Shown piece after piece: positions 1 to 10,028 of a stretch of 64,000 bases of DNA. Origin of the DNA: an uncultured bacterium (lineage in GTDB: Bacteria; Margulisbacteria; WOR-1; CAVSGV01); NCBI GenBank assembly GCA_963768305.1, contig CAVYHE010000003.1:148238-212237 (forward strand), given 5' to 3'. Position numbers and translations under genes: made by a program. How positions within the stretch are numbered: position 1 is the stretch's first letter; every line of letters starts with the position of its first letter. Below the pieces are notes generated by a model. That model did not search any database, was not told the DNA's origin, and was given only the letters and a program-made list of their open reading frames with translations.

Positions 1-680
1 TTAGGGACGTTCATTTTAAGGCCGACCTTTGTTTCGGCGGCGAGAGCCCCGTTAAGCAACATCAGAATATTCTCTATCTTGTTCTTTTTCCAGGTATCCT
101 GGGCGGCTTTTTTGTTCGCGATAAAAGTTGTGACAGACTCAAAGACCGTATCGATTATCTTCAGGTTATTGGCTTTCAAAGAAGAGCCGGTCTCGGTGAG
201 CTCTATTATGGCGTCGGCAAGCTCCGGCGGCTTCGCTTCTGTGGCGCCCCAGGAGAATTCGACATCGGCATTCACTCTGTTCTTTTTGAAATACTTTTTT
301 GAAACACCGACCAGTTCAGTCGCGACTCGTTTGCCATCGCAATCCTGTACGCTCTTAATAGTGCCATTAACGGGGGCAGCAAGGACCCATTTTACCTTCC
401 TAAGGCCCTGTTTCGCGTAAACGAGTTCGGCTATCTTTTCCACATCGCAGCCGCTTTCCTCTACCCAGTCGGAGCCTGTGAGGCCTGCATCCAGCACGCC
501 CTGTTCCACATAGCGTGCCATTTCCTGCGCCCTTATGAGCATTATTTCAAGCTCTTCATCGTCCACGGAAGGGAAGTAAGAACGCGCGGAAGCCTTCACG
601 TTAAACCCTGCTTTTTTGAGGAGCTCGAACGTGGATTCCTGAAGGCTACCTTTGGGTATTCCGAGTCTAAGTTTGTTCAT
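1..680 (-). CDS. hisG: ATP phosphoribosyltransferase (HisG), first ~226 codons; 3' end lies beyond the left edge
   Basis: Reverse translation from ATG 680-678 reads [77 protein letters not shown]... and stays open to base 1. It is absent from the ORF track because no stop lies in the window. ORF 79..420(+) is its antisense shadow. Confidence 0.8.
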   Translation of the reverse strand, partial: MNKLRLGIPKGSLQESTFELLKKAGFNVKASARSYFPSVDDEELEIMLIRAQEMARYVEQGVLDAGLTGSDWVEESGCDVEKIAELVYAKQGLRKVKWVLAAPVNGTIKSVQDCDGKRVATELVGVSKKYFKKNRVNADVEFSWGATEAKPPELADAIIELTETGSSLKANNLKIIDTVFESVTTFIANKKAAQDTWKKNKIENILMLLNGALAAETKVGLKMNVP

Positions 681-761
681 AATTGTAAAATCATACTAGA
701 AGGGCGAAAGATTGTCAAATAACTTGCACTTTTACCATTGATAATGCATAATTCCTGACGC

Positions 762-2419
762 ATGCGGCAGTCAGAATATTTGACCCTAAAAGACCTCTTG
801 AGGAAAAACACTCAAAAATTCGGCGACAGCCTCGCTTATCAGATAAAAATCAATGATGTATACGTCAAACATACTTATTCCGAAGTCGGCCGGACCGCGA
901 GAGGGCTGATCTCAAAACTTAAAAGCCTCGGCATCAAAAAAGGCGACAAAGTCGGCATACTCTCCGAGAACCGCCCTGAATGGCCGATATCATACCTGGC
1001 CGTCACAGGTATGGGCGCTATCGCGGTCCCTCTGGATTCACTAGGTACCGAATACGACATTAAAGGGATCGTTGCCCATTCAGAAGCAAGAGGGGCGATC
1101 GTATCCGATAAATTCTTGCCTTTGATAAAAGGCGCTTCAAACCTTGAGTTCATTATTTCAATGGACAAGGACTTTGACGGTTTGAAAGGACAGCTTCGGA
1201 CGACCTTGGTTATGATGTAGACAAGGACGATCTCGCGGCGATAGTGTACACATCAGGGACCACAGGCATACCGAAGGGCGTCATGCTGACCCACAACAAT
1301 ATAGTTACCAACTTTGTTACGGGCGCCGCGCTGTTCGAGATAGGGCCGACGGACATGGCGCTGTCCGTTCTCCCGATCCACCATACATTTGAAACGATCG
1401 CCGGTTTTCTCGCGATGTTCTACTGCGGCGCAAGGGTGACTTACGCGGAAAGCCTTAAATCGTTCAAGCTTATCCAGAACATGGTCGACACGGGAACGAC
1501 CATCCTGATCGGCGTGCCGATGCTTTACCAGCTTTTCTATGACGGGATAATGAGGGAAGTGGAGGAGAAGGGCCCGGCTTTTAATTTCATATTCAATATC
1601 CTGCTCGTGATATCAAGGATATCAAGGACATTGTTCAGGGTCAATATAGGGCGGCTGCTTTTCAGGCAGGTCCACCAGAAACTCGGCGGCCATTTCCGGT
1701 TCTGGGTGAGCGGGGGAGCGGCCATCGATCCGGAGCTTCTCAACAATTTCGATCTGATGGGGATGACCATCATCCAGGGATATGGATTGACCGAATCATC
1801 GCCCGTGATAGCGGCTAATGACCTTTCTCATAACAAATACGGTTCCGTCGGCAGGCCCATTCCCGGCGTTTGCGTACAGATCGCTGATAACGGCGAGATC
1901 CTTGCGACGGGACCGAACATCATGCAAGGATATTTCAAAATGCCGGATGAATCGAAGAAAGTCCTGAAGGACGGCTGGCTTTACACCGGCGACGTGGGCC
2001 GCCTGGACAAGGACGGATATCTTTATATTACGGGCAGGATCAAGGACGTGATAATCACCAGCTCCGGCCTTAATGTTTATCCGGATGAAATTGAATTTGA
2101 ATTGAATAAGCTCCCGTACATAAAGGAATCGTGCGTAATAGGGAGAAAGGTCAAAGCAGGGATAAAAAAAGGGTCAGAAGAGGTTTTCGCTGTGGTCTCA
2201 CCGGACATCGAATATTTCGAGAAACTGGGGTTGTCCATCGAGGAGAATTCCGTCTTCACTGCGATCTCAGAAGCCATTGAGAAGCTTAATGACAAGCTGT
2301 CGACGTATAAAAGGATATCCGGCATCGAAGTAAGGACGACGGAATTCCCGAAAACATCCACCAGGAAGATAAAAAGGTTCGAAGTTAGAAAGGAGATGGA
2401 AGCGCTATGGCGGAACTAG
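762..2419 (+). pseudogene. AMP-dependent long-chain acyl-CoA/acyl-ACP synthetase (FadD/Aas-like), frame broken once
   Basis: ORFs 762..1220 and 1244..2419 are the N- and C-terminal parts of one adenylate-forming enzyme. The second frame is open from 1178 and reads DDLAAIVYTSGTTGIPKGVMLTHNN (AMP-binding signature), later QGYGLTESSP and STRKIKR. The frame change lies between 1178 and 1220. Confidence 0.8.
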
Positions 2420-2652
2420 AGCAGGAAATAAAGTCGATGGTCGCGAAGATCATTAAAAGGGATGAATCCGCGATAGACCCCAATGCCAATATTTTCACCG
2501 AATACGGGGTGGATTCTCTTCTGGGAGTCGAGATACTTGCCGGGCTGGACAAGAAATACGGCCTGGACGTGCCGGAGCAACGAATAAGGGAAATTAAGAC
2601 GCTCAACGATGTGGTCAGGATCGCAAAAGAATTGATCGCGAAAAAAGGTTGA
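2407..2652 (+). CDS. acyl carrier protein (ligase-associated)
   Basis: 81 aa with the phosphopantetheine-attachment motif EYGVDSLLGVEI. The start overlaps the ligase stop by 13 nt. Confidence 0.75.
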   Translation: MAELEQEIKSMVAKIIKRDESAIDPNANIFTEYGVDSLLGVEILAGLDKKYGLDVPEQRIREIKTLNDVVRIAKELIAKKG

Positions 2653-2653
2653 A

Positions 2654-3388
2654 ATGAGCGGCGGGACATCCGAATACTGGAGAAAACTTTTAAAGGCTGA
2701 TGAGGCGCCTCCCGAAAATTACCTGAAAGAATTCAGGTCTCCGCTTGAAATATTACGTCCGACATTCTATTTGATCATAAATTTCCTTTGTAAGTTCTAC
2801 TGGAGAGTAAAAGTTTCAGGTTTAGCTAATATCCCCGCTGAAACGCCTTATATAATCGCCCCAAATCATGCGAGCGCGCTGGACCAAACAATGGTGTCTT
2901 ACGCGATCGGAGGAAAAAGAAGGAATCAGCTGTATACGATCGTGGTGAAGCATTTTTTTGACAGGCCCGTGGCCAGATTTTTCATGAAGATCGCGACTAA
3001 TGTCATGAGGATCGATTCGAAAGATGATTTTATGCCGGCGCTCTGCGCCGCACTGAAGGTGCTCAAGCTTAAAAGATCGATCTATATCAATCCGGAAGGG
3101 ACAAGATCAATGACCGGCGAACTGCTGCCGTTCAGAGTGGGGGTGGGGATGCTGGCGGCGGAGACCGGAGTTCCGATAGTTCCTGTTTTCATCGGCGGGA
3201 CTTTTGACTGCATGCCTCCTGGAAAATTCTTCCCAAAACCCTGCAAAGTTACCGTGACTTTCGGCAAGCCGATATACATGGATGAATATGAAAAGAAAAA
3301 ACAGACAGAAATGGCTTATGATGTTTACAAGGAAGTTACGGATGAATTATTTAAAAGGGTCAGCTCTCTTAAAGTCGGGAATAAATAG
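2654..3388 (+). CDS. 1-acyl-sn-glycerol-3-phosphate / lysophospholipid acyltransferase (PlsC family)
   Basis: 244 aa with the H(X)4D acyltransferase motif APNHASALD and second block YINPEGTRS. It starts 2 nt after the ACP stop. Confidence 0.75.
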   Translation: MSGGTSEYWRKLLKADEAPPENYLKEFRSPLEILRPTFYLIINFLCKFYWRVKVSGLANIPAETPYIIAPNHASALDQTMVSYAIGGKRRNQLYTIVVKHFFDRPVARFFMKIATNVMRIDSKDDFMPALCAALKVLKLKRSIYINPEGTRSMTGELLPFRVGVGMLAAETGVPIVPVFIGGTFDCMPPGKFFPKPCKVTVTFGKPIYMDEYEKKKQTEMAYDVYKEVTDELFKRVSSLKVGNK

Positions 3389-4285
3389 TTCCGAGCTTTC
3401 CGCCTCCTGCGTCAGGATATTGTGAAGCCCTGAGTCCAATGCCGCATCCACAGCCTGTCGATATTCATCAAAGGTCAATTTTCTTCCGATCTCATTGTCA
3501 TCGACAGCCTTGTAGCAAGGTTTATACTGGGCCATTATCCCCACATGGACATCTTTTGAAACTTTGGCAGCAAGGAACTCCATCGATCGCTTGGTGCCGG
3601 CCAGATCATTCGGCAAAACAAGGTGCCTAACAAGAAGACCTTTCAAAGCGATGCCGGTCCCGTCAACTTTTAAATTCGCGACCTGCCTGAACATTTCTTT
3701 TATAGCGGCTCGATTAGTTTCAACATAATCTGAAATGCCTGATAGCTTATGAGCCGGACCATTAGCGCTGTATTTGATATCCGGCAGGTAAATATCGATA
3801 ATGCCGTTCAATATTTCCATGGTTTCGATATTTTCGTATCCATTAGTATTGTATATTATCGGGAGCTCAAGACCTTTTTCGGCCGCTCTGATAAGAGCAT
3901 TGACTATATTAGGCAGATAGTGGGGAGGGGAGACGAGATTGATATTATGGCAGCCTTTTGCCTGCAGCATCAGCATGATATCAGCTAGTTGATCATCGGT
4001 TATCTCATCACCAAGCCCTTCCTGGCTTATCTGGTAATTCTGGCAGTATGAGCATCTAAGAGCGCAGTTCGAAAAGAATATCGTTCCGGAGCCTTTTGTC
4101 CCCGATATCATCGGCTCCTCGCCGAAGTGAGGAGCAGCTGACGCTATCTTGACGATATTCGATGAGCGGCATTTACCTTGATGCCCCGATGTCCTGTCGA
4201 CATTGCATTCCCAAGGGCAGAGCCTACAATTTTGATATGCATCCTTGAACTTTTTTACGGCGAGTTTTGCAGCTTCGATGTTCAC
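3347..4285 (-). CDS. radical SAM protein, PflX-like (activase-homologue family)
   Basis: 312 aa. A Cys-rich N-terminus (CRLCPWECNVDR..GKCRS) is followed by the radical-SAM motif FFSNCALRCSYCQNYQIS. The GTG start overlaps the hemW stop (GTGA at 4282-4285), and the 3' end overlaps the convergent acyltransferase gene by 42 nt. Confidence 0.7.
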   Translation of the reverse strand: MNIEAAKLAVKKFKDAYQNCRLCPWECNVDRTSGHQGKCRSSNIVKIASAAPHFGEEPMISGTKGSGTIFFSNCALRCSYCQNYQISQEGLGDEITDDQLADIMLMLQAKGCHNINLVSPPHYLPNIVNALIRAAEKGLELPIIYNTNGYENIETMEILNGIIDIYLPDIKYSANGPAHKLSGISDYVETNRAAIKEMFRQVANLKVDGTGIALKGLLVRHLVLPNDLAGTKRSMEFLAAKVSKDVHVGIMAQYKPCYKAVDDNEIGRKLTFDEYRQAVDAALDSGLHNILTQEAESSELFIPDFKRADPFK

Positions 4286-5403
4286 AGGAATCTCTTGAAG
4301 ACCTCGTTCGCCAGAAACAGTCCGTTCTCGGTGAGCCTGATATTCTTGCCATTTAATTCTATTAATCCCTCATCTATAAGTTCCGCAAGCTCTTTTTTAT
4401 ATATTTCGCGCATGCTTATCCCGAATCTATTGGTGAAATCGCCGAGATCGAACCCTTTTATAAGCCGCAGGCCCAGGAATATCATCTCCTGCATGCTTTC
4501 TTTTTTCGTGTTGTGATGTTCGGCCTTTATCGCGGCCATATCTTTCGTCAGATATTTTTCAAGCGACGGAGCGTTCGCGGTCCTGACATTATCAATGAAT
4601 GAATGCGCGCCGGCGCCTACGCCGATGTAATTTTGAAGCGTCCAGTAGATCTTGTTGTGCTTGCATTCAAAGCCGGGCTTTGCGAAATTCGATATTTCAT
4701 AATGTGTGTAGCCATTATCACCAAGATATTTGATCGCGTATTTATACATTTCCAGCTCTGTTTCTTCATCCGGGAGATTTTGCCCTCCTTTGAGTTTTTC
4801 GGCATGAAGAGGCGTGCCTTCTTCCAGCTGGAGATTATATGTGGATATGTGCTCTGGCTTCAGTTTAACGGCTTTTTCCAGGGATCTCTGCCAGTCCTTC
4901 AGGCTTTCTCCGGGCAGGGCGAAGATTAGATCGATATTGATATTTTTGAATCCCGCTTCCCTTGCCATATTGAACGCGTCGTTTATTTCATGCTCGTTGT
5001 GTATCCTGCCTATTTTTTTCAGGAAAGAATTATTGAATGTCTGCGCTCCCAGGCTGAGCCGGTTCACTCCCGTGCCGATCAAAATTCCAAGTTTTTCTCT
5101 GGTTACTGTCCCGGGATTAGCTTCAATGGTCATCTCGGCCTCATTTTCGATCTCAAAATCGTTCTTGATCGTCGTGAACAGGTTTGAAAGCTGCTCATCG
5201 CTCAATAGGGTGGGGGTGCCGCCTCCCATATACAGGGTCCTGACAGCGGGTCTTTTGTAAAGAGAATAATAATATTCCAGTTCGAACTTGAGAGCTTCCA
5301 GATATTCCGGAATAAATTCGTCTCTTCCGGCGTACGATGGAAAGTCGCAGTACGCGCATTTTTTCTTGCAGAAGGGAATATGTATATATAATGAATAAGT
5401 CAT
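4282..5403 (-). CDS. hemW: radical SAM family heme chaperone HemW (HemN-like, oxygen-independent coproporphyrinogen oxidase family)
   Basis: 373 aa with N-terminus MTYSLYIHIPFCKKKCAYCDF (CxxxCxxC). It sits in the classical position directly downstream of lepA. Confidence 0.85.
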   Translation of the reverse strand: MTYSLYIHIPFCKKKCAYCDFPSYAGRDEFIPEYLEALKFELEYYYSLYKRPAVRTLYMGGGTPTLLSDEQLSNLFTTIKNDFEIENEAEMTIEANPGTVTREKLGILIGTGVNRLSLGAQTFNNSFLKKIGRIHNEHEINDAFNMAREAGFKNINIDLIFALPGESLKDWQRSLEKAVKLKPEHISTYNLQLEEGTPLHAEKLKGGQNLPDEETELEMYKYAIKYLGDNGYTHYEISNFAKPGFECKHNKIYWTLQNYIGVGAGAHSFIDNVRTANAPSLEKYLTKDMAAIKAEHHNTKKESMQEMIFLGLRLIKGFDLGDFTNRFGISMREIYKKELAELIDEGLIELNGKNIRLTENGLFLANEVFKRFL

Positions 5404-5405
5404 GA

Positions 5406-7199
5406 TTATTTCAGCTTCAGCACCGCCATGAAAGCTTCCTGTGGGATGTCCACTCTTCCAATGCGCTTCATCCTTTTCTTTCCTTCTTTTTGCTTTTCAA
5501 GGAGTTTTCTTTTCCTGGTCACGTCGCCGCCGTAGCATTTTTGAAGGACATTCTTTCTCATTGCGGGAATGGTCTCCCTTGATATTACGCGGCTGCCTAT
5601 GGCCGCCTGTATCGGTATCTCGAACTGATGGCGGGGGATGACCTCTTTCAATTTTGCGGTGAGCGCCTTGCCCTTGTAATAAGCATTATCCTTGTGCGCG
5701 ATGAACGATAATGAATCTACGGCTTCCTGATTTAAAAGCACATCAACTTTAACCAGGTCGGATTCGCGGTATCCTATCAATTCATAATCCATGGAAGCGT
5801 ATCCTTTTGTGACCGATTTAAGCATATCGAAGAAATCAGTAATGACCTCCCCAAGCGGCATCTCATATGTCAGCATCACTCGCGTCGGGTCCAGATATTC
5901 CATGTTCTTGAAGACGCCTCTTTTGCTCTGGCAGATCTCAAGCACCCCGCCGACGAATTTTTGCAGGACGAATATGGTTATCTTGAGAAATGGCTCTTCG
6001 ATCGACTTTACTTCCCCGAGATTAGGCAGCTTTGTCGGACTGTCAATGAATATAGATGTCTTATCAAATTTGTTGACCTTGTATACAACGCTTGGCGCGG
6101 TGGCGATTATGTCCAGCCCGTATTCCCGCTCTAATCTTTCCTGTATGATCTCAAGGTGGAGCAATCCCAAAAATCCGCAGCGGAAACCCAGACCCAGAGC
6201 TGACGAAACTTCGGGTTCATAAAAGAGGGAAGCGTCATTCAGCTGAAGTTTTTCTATCGCGTCGCGGAGCTCGTGGTATTTTTCGGCGGAAACGGGAAAG
6301 AATCCGCAGAAGACCATCGGCTTTACAGCTTTATAACCCGGCAGCGGCTTTGATGCCGGATCGGAAGCATCAGTTATCGTATCTCCTACACGAGTCTGCC
6401 GCAGATCCTTCATGTTTGCTATGACATATCCGACTTCGCCGGACGACAGTTCATCTTTCGGAATATAATCGATCTTCAGGGTTCCGACTTCCTGGACCTC
6501 GAATTCCGCGTCGGTCCCCATCATCCTTATTGTCATGTCTTTTTTTATCTTTCCGTTAAAGACGCGGACGTAAACAACGACACCTCTATATGCGTCGTAT
6601 TTTGAATCGAATATCAGCGCTTGAAGAGGCTCGCTGTTGCTTCCCGTCGGCGGAGGCACTCTGGCAATTATCGCGTCAAGCAAGTCAGGAATGCCTGTGC
6701 CGTCCTTGGCACTCGCGAGAATTATTTCCTCTTCCTTGAATCCGAAGAGATGTTTAAATTCCTCGATGATCTTTTTCGGCTCAGCGTTGACCATGTCGAT
6801 CTTGTTCACGACGGGAATAATCTTGAGATTGTTCGCCATTGCAAGGTGCGCGTTCGCGAGTGTCTGCGCTTCCGCGCCCTGGGTCGCATCGATTATCAAA
6901 ACAGCGCCTTCGCAGGCAGCTAAAGCTCTTGATACTTCGTAAGTGAAATCCACGTGTCCGGGAGTGTCGATCAAATTAAGGATGTGGCCCTTGTACTGCA
7001 TCCTTATCGCCTGGGACTTGATAGTGATGCCTCTTTCGCGTTCCAGGTCCATGGTATCCAGTACCTGCGCGCGCATATTTCTTTTTTCGATAGTATGCGT
7101 TTCCTCAAGCAGGCGATCGGCGAGGGTGGACTTGCCGTGGTCGATGTGGGCTATTATTGAAAAATTCCGAATCTTTGAAATTTCGGTCACGGTAAGCAT
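5406..7199 (-). CDS. lepA: translation elongation factor 4 (LepA)
   Basis: The sequence reads [22 protein letters not shown]...DTPGHVDF...NKID, with the LepA C-terminal domain. The ORF track starts at a GTG at 7220; the ATG at 7199 ([13 protein letters not shown]...) is the more likely start. Confidence 0.95.
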   Translation of the reverse strand: MLTVTEISKIRNFSIIAHIDHGKSTLADRLLEETHTIEKRNMRAQVLDTMDLERERGITIKSQAIRMQYKGHILNLIDTPGHVDFTYEVSRALAACEGAVLIIDATQGAEAQTLANAHLAMANNLKIIPVVNKIDMVNAEPKKIIEEFKHLFGFKEEEIILASAKDGTGIPDLLDAIIARVPPPTGSNSEPLQALIFDSKYDAYRGVVVYVRVFNGKIKKDMTIRMMGTDAEFEVQEVGTLKIDYIPKDELSSGEVGYVIANMKDLRQTRVGDTITDASDPASKPLPGYKAVKPMVFCGFFPVSAEKYHELRDAIEKLQLNDASLFYEPEVSSALGLGFRCGFLGLLHLEIIQERLEREYGLDIIATAPSVVYKVNKFDKTSIFIDSPTKLPNLGEVKSIEEPFLKITIFVLQKFVGGVLEICQSKRGVFKNMEYLDPTRVMLTYEMPLGEVITDFFDMLKSVTKGYASMDYELIGYRESDLVKVDVLLNQEAVDSLSFIAHKDNAYYKGKALTAKLKEVIPRHQFEIPIQAAIGSRVISRETIPAMRKNVLQKCYGGDVTRKRKLLEKQKEGKKRMKRIGRVDIPQEAFMAVLKLK

Positions 7200-7320
7200 T
7201 TTAGCATGTCTGAAAAGCACTTGAAAGAGAGGCGCTAAAAGTGAAATTTAATTTGAATTGTGACGATAAATATATAGAGGGAATAAAAAGTTTGCAATTA
7301 ATATCAGGGAGGTTGAGAAA

Positions 7321-7872
7321 ATGAGTTCAATAAGAAAAATTCAGTTTGTTCCGCGGCTTCTTACGCCCCGCGGGGAAGGGCGGGCATTTAAAATGAGCGT
7401 GGCCACGATCAATGATATTGCCTATCTTTTCAAAAAGAGAGGTTTAATAAATAAATTCTTCGACTGCCTGCAAGTCCCTTATCCATCAATAATTAAAGTA
7501 GAGTATTATCCTTGCCGTGGCTACGTGAGATTGATTAATCAAACGACCTCTATCTTCATGGAACGCATTGCGGGTATAGGCAGTGAGACTACGAGAACTA
7601 AAGAAAAGTATTTTTTGAACGTAATATACCCCGTTCTTAATAAATACAATGAGGTCAAGGGTGAGAATTTAAAAAGTGGCCAGGAATATTCAGAGTTCAT
7701 TAACGGTACATTGACTCATGTGAACAGAGAGGTTCTTGCAAGCATTCTGACGGCTCTGCCACATAGAACGACCCATGTCCACCCCAAAAAACCGGCCCGA
7801 CCTTTAACTGCTAAGGAGTATTATAGCTGGGGGCCGGAGTGGGGAATACGTCAGTGGCCCCCGAGAGATTAA
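7321..7872 (+). CDS. hypothetical protein, no family recognised (low-GC orphan)
   Basis: 183-aa ORF with GGGAGG 8 nt upstream of the ATG. Hand counts of 60-nt lines give ~32-35% G+C against ~45-55% in the flanks. I recognise no motif. Confidence 0.5.
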   Translation: MSSIRKIQFVPRLLTPRGEGRAFKMSVATINDIAYLFKKRGLINKFFDCLQVPYPSIIKVEYYPCRGYVRLINQTTSIFMERIAGIGSETTRTKEKYFLNVIYPVLNKYNEVKGENLKSGQEYSEFINGTLTHVNREVLASILTALPHRTTHVHPKKPARPLTAKEYYSWGPEWGIRQWPPRD

Positions 7873-7917
7873 TGTAACTTCTGGGACTCGCCCGTCCAGC
7901 TCCTTTTCCACCTTTCA

Positions 7918-7946
7918 TTGACGCTCCATTCTCCGGTTGATATACT
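7918..7946 (+). promoter_or_regulatory. sigma-70-type promoter for the SLH gene
   Basis: TTGACG (7918-7923), a 17-nt spacer, then TATACT (7941-7946). GGAGG at 7957-7961 and TTG at 7969 follow. Confidence 0.5.
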
Positions 7947-7968
7947 GATTTTTGCCGGAGGATGATTT

Positions 7969-9637
7969 TTGAAAAAACTCTCGATATTTTTCTTTCTTAT
8001 CGATCCTAATTTCAATTCCCTCGTTTGCCGCGGTGGACAGTGCCATTGCGGACCCATCCAGCATCGGCGTGGGGGCAAGGCCGCTGGCTCTTGGAAGAGC
8101 TTATGAGGGACTCTCAGATGACGCGAACGGGCTTTTCATCAATCCCGCCGGCCTTGCCGGCATAAGGAATTTTAAGCTTACCAGCATGAGCGGACAGGTA
8201 ATGGAAGACCTGGATTATGTTGTTATCGGCGGCGCATTTCCCACCGACTACGGTGTTTTCGGGGTCGGCTACGTCAATGTCGGATCAGGAAGCATTCCCG
8301 TAACATCAACAGAGGGCAGCGGGACGACGGAAACGGTTGTAACTGTTGGCGAAACAAGCTACTACGCATCGGTTGCCACATTGTCCTACAGCAATGATCT
8401 TTCAAGGTTCCCGTTCTTCGTTGGTATGAAGAACTTCACTTACGGGCTCAACCTCAAATATTTCATGCAGGGCTTATCGGGCGGCGGCTCGGCCACCAAA
8501 GGCGCGAATGGGACCGGATGGAATATGGATCTTGGATTGCAATACAAAGCGAACAAGAGTCTGATGATAGGCCTCTCTGCGCTGAATTGTCTGCCCGCGT
8601 CCGACGGCGGAAAATTCACCTGGGACAAGGATAATGTTGAAGAGGATATCCCGGAGGTCATCAAAACGGGATTCGCGGCAAAGCTTTTCGGAAAAGATTC
8701 ATATTACGGAGGCAAGCAGGATGTTTTCTGGGTATTGGATATGGATTTCCCGTCCGACCTGAACAGGCAAACCGAATATCATACCGGAGTGGAATGGTGG
8801 CCGATATCCGTAATGGCCTTGAGGGCAGGGCTGGACCAACAGCAGAAAGCTGCCGAAGACGTTAACGGTGTTGACAATAATTTCACGGCCGGCATTGGAT
8901 TAAAATTCAACGGCTTCACTTTTGATTACTGCTATCATCAGTTTGGCGGGCTCACGGACAATATAACGCATTTCTTTTCTATCGGCTATGTCGGGGAGGA
9001 ACAAAAACCGAAGACCCTCTGGACGCCGAAATCGGGGATAGCGATCGTTGTTCCGAACGTCAGCCTTGAATCTTTTTCCGATGTTCCCGACGGGTTCTGG
9101 GCGAAAAGCCCCATTGAATTCATGGCTACGCTGGGCATCATCAGCGGTGACGCCGACGGCAAATTCAGGCCGGATGATCCTGTTACAAGGGCAGAGCTCG
9201 CGCAGATGCTGGCCAAACTGAAAGGAATGGAGGTCAGTGACGTTAACATTGACCCGTTCCCGGACGTCAAAAAGGATTACTGGGCGGCGAAATATATCAA
9301 GGCCGTGTCCGCTGCTAAATATATGAGAACATATCCCGGCGGAGCGTTCAGGCCGGAGAAAGTTATCTCCAGAGTGGAGGGTACGACCATTCTCACCAGA
9401 TTTACGGAAGCAACAGCACCTGATTTCATAGATAAAAAGCCTTTTAATGATGTTCCTGTTGACCATTGGGCCGCGAAGACGATAACGGCCGCAAGGAATT
9501 ACGGACTTCTGGATTATCTTATCGGGAGGGATTTTGAACCTTTCAAGGCGCTGACCCGCGCGGAAGTGGCGGAAATGCTCTCAAAGACCAGTGACGGGCA
9601 GGAAAAGATTAAAGATTTTCTTAAGAACGCAGAATAA
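7969..9637 (+). CDS. outer-membrane beta-barrel-like protein with three C-terminal SLH domains
   Basis: The main ORF 8033..9637 (534 aa) has no signal peptide or RBS. A TTG at 7969, 7 nt after GGAGG, reads MKKLSIFFFL and joins the main frame (..LSILISIPSFAAVDSAIADPSS) after one +1 frame change near 7995-8000, which gives a normal signal peptide. The N-terminal ~330 aa reads GARPLALGRAYEGLSDDANGLFINPAGLAG ... THFFSIGY (barrel-like, aromatic terminal strand). Three SLH repeats follow: FSDVPDGFWAKSPIEF.., FPDVKKDYWAAKYIKAV.., FNDVPVDHWAAKTITAA... Confidence 0.75.
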
Positions 9638-9638
9638 A

Positions 9639-9712
9639 CGCGCCCGAGAGGAATCGAACCTCCAACCTACTGATTCGTAGTCAGTTACTCTATCCAATTG
9701 AGCTACGGGCGC
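9639..9712 (-). tRNA. tRNA-Arg (anticodon ACG)
   Basis: The reverse complement GCGCCCGTAGCTCAATTGGATAGAGTAACTGACTACGAATCAGTAGGTTGGAGGTTCGATTCCTCTCGGGCGCG folds as a cloverleaf. The anticodon stem is ACTGA/TCAGT with loop CTACGAA. No CCA is encoded. Confidence 0.9.
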
Positions 9713-9723
9713 ATGAACATATT

Positions 9724-9814
9724 CGGAGGGGGTGGGATTCGAACCCACGCTACGTCTTAACGACGTACTAACAGTTTAGCAAACTGCCCCCTTGAACCAC
9801 TTGGGTACCCCTCC
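9724..9814 (-). tRNA. tRNA-Ser (anticodon GCU), long variable arm
   Basis: The reverse complement is GGAGGGGTACCCAAGTGGTTCAAGGGGGCAGTTTGCTAAACTGTT...GTGGGTTCGAATCCCACCCCCTCCG. The acceptor stem is GGAGGGG/CCCCTCC and the anticodon loop is TTGCTAA. Confidence 0.9.
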
Positions 9815-9828
9815 AGAGCTACGCTGAG

Positions 9829-9846
9829 ATCCAAGATCCAAATGCC
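9829..9846. repeat. 18-nt repeat ATCCAAGATCCAAATGCC (partner in inverted orientation at 13473-13490)
   Basis: Exact 18/18 match to the reverse complement of 13473-13490. Both copies lie just upstream, in tRNA orientation, of a tRNA gene (Ser-GCU here, Lys-UUU there). Confidence 0.6.
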
Positions 9847-9892
9847 AAAATCCAAAGGAATTATATAAGAAAAGACTTGCAAAAACAAACGC

Positions 9893-9921
9893 TTGACAAA
9901 AACGGAGCTTTCATGTATACT
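9893..9921 (+). promoter_or_regulatory. strong sigma-70-type promoter upstream of the RRM gene leader
   Basis: TTGACA (9893-9898), a 17-nt spacer, then TATACT (9916-9921). The predicted transcription start is near 9928. Confidence 0.6.
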
Positions 9922-9994
9922 GTGCTCTCGAGAGTCGAGGTTAATGATTTTGTACGTTAGGCGTTTTTATAACAGTATAGAGTAGCTTGTATTC

Positions 9995-10028
9995 ATCCAA
10001 GACCACTTCGTCTTGGATTTTTTGTTTT
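9995..10028 (+). terminator. intrinsic-terminator-like hairpin inside the leader of the RRM gene
   Basis: A perfect 9-bp stem ATCCAAGAC/GTCTTGGAT has a 6-nt loop CACTTC and is followed by TTTTTGTTTT. It lies 43 nt upstream of the ATG at 10071. There is no T-tract on the opposite strand. Confidence 0.6.

Noticed and set aside
79-420. 113-aa plus-strand ORF at the left edge
   Set aside because: It lies entirely antisense to the clearly conserved hisG reading frame and has a low-complexity, unconserved sequence. It is a shadow ORF.
8900-9466. Long antisense ORFs inside conserved genes: 8900..9466(-), 11091..11594(+), 15934..16488(+), 36754..37209(-), 42976..43446(-), 44211..44735(-), 47565..48047(+) and 57089..57643(-)
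   Set aside because: Each one overlaps a gene with strong family motifs on the other strand. None has an RBS or recognisable motifs, and their composition is typical of codon-complement shadows.
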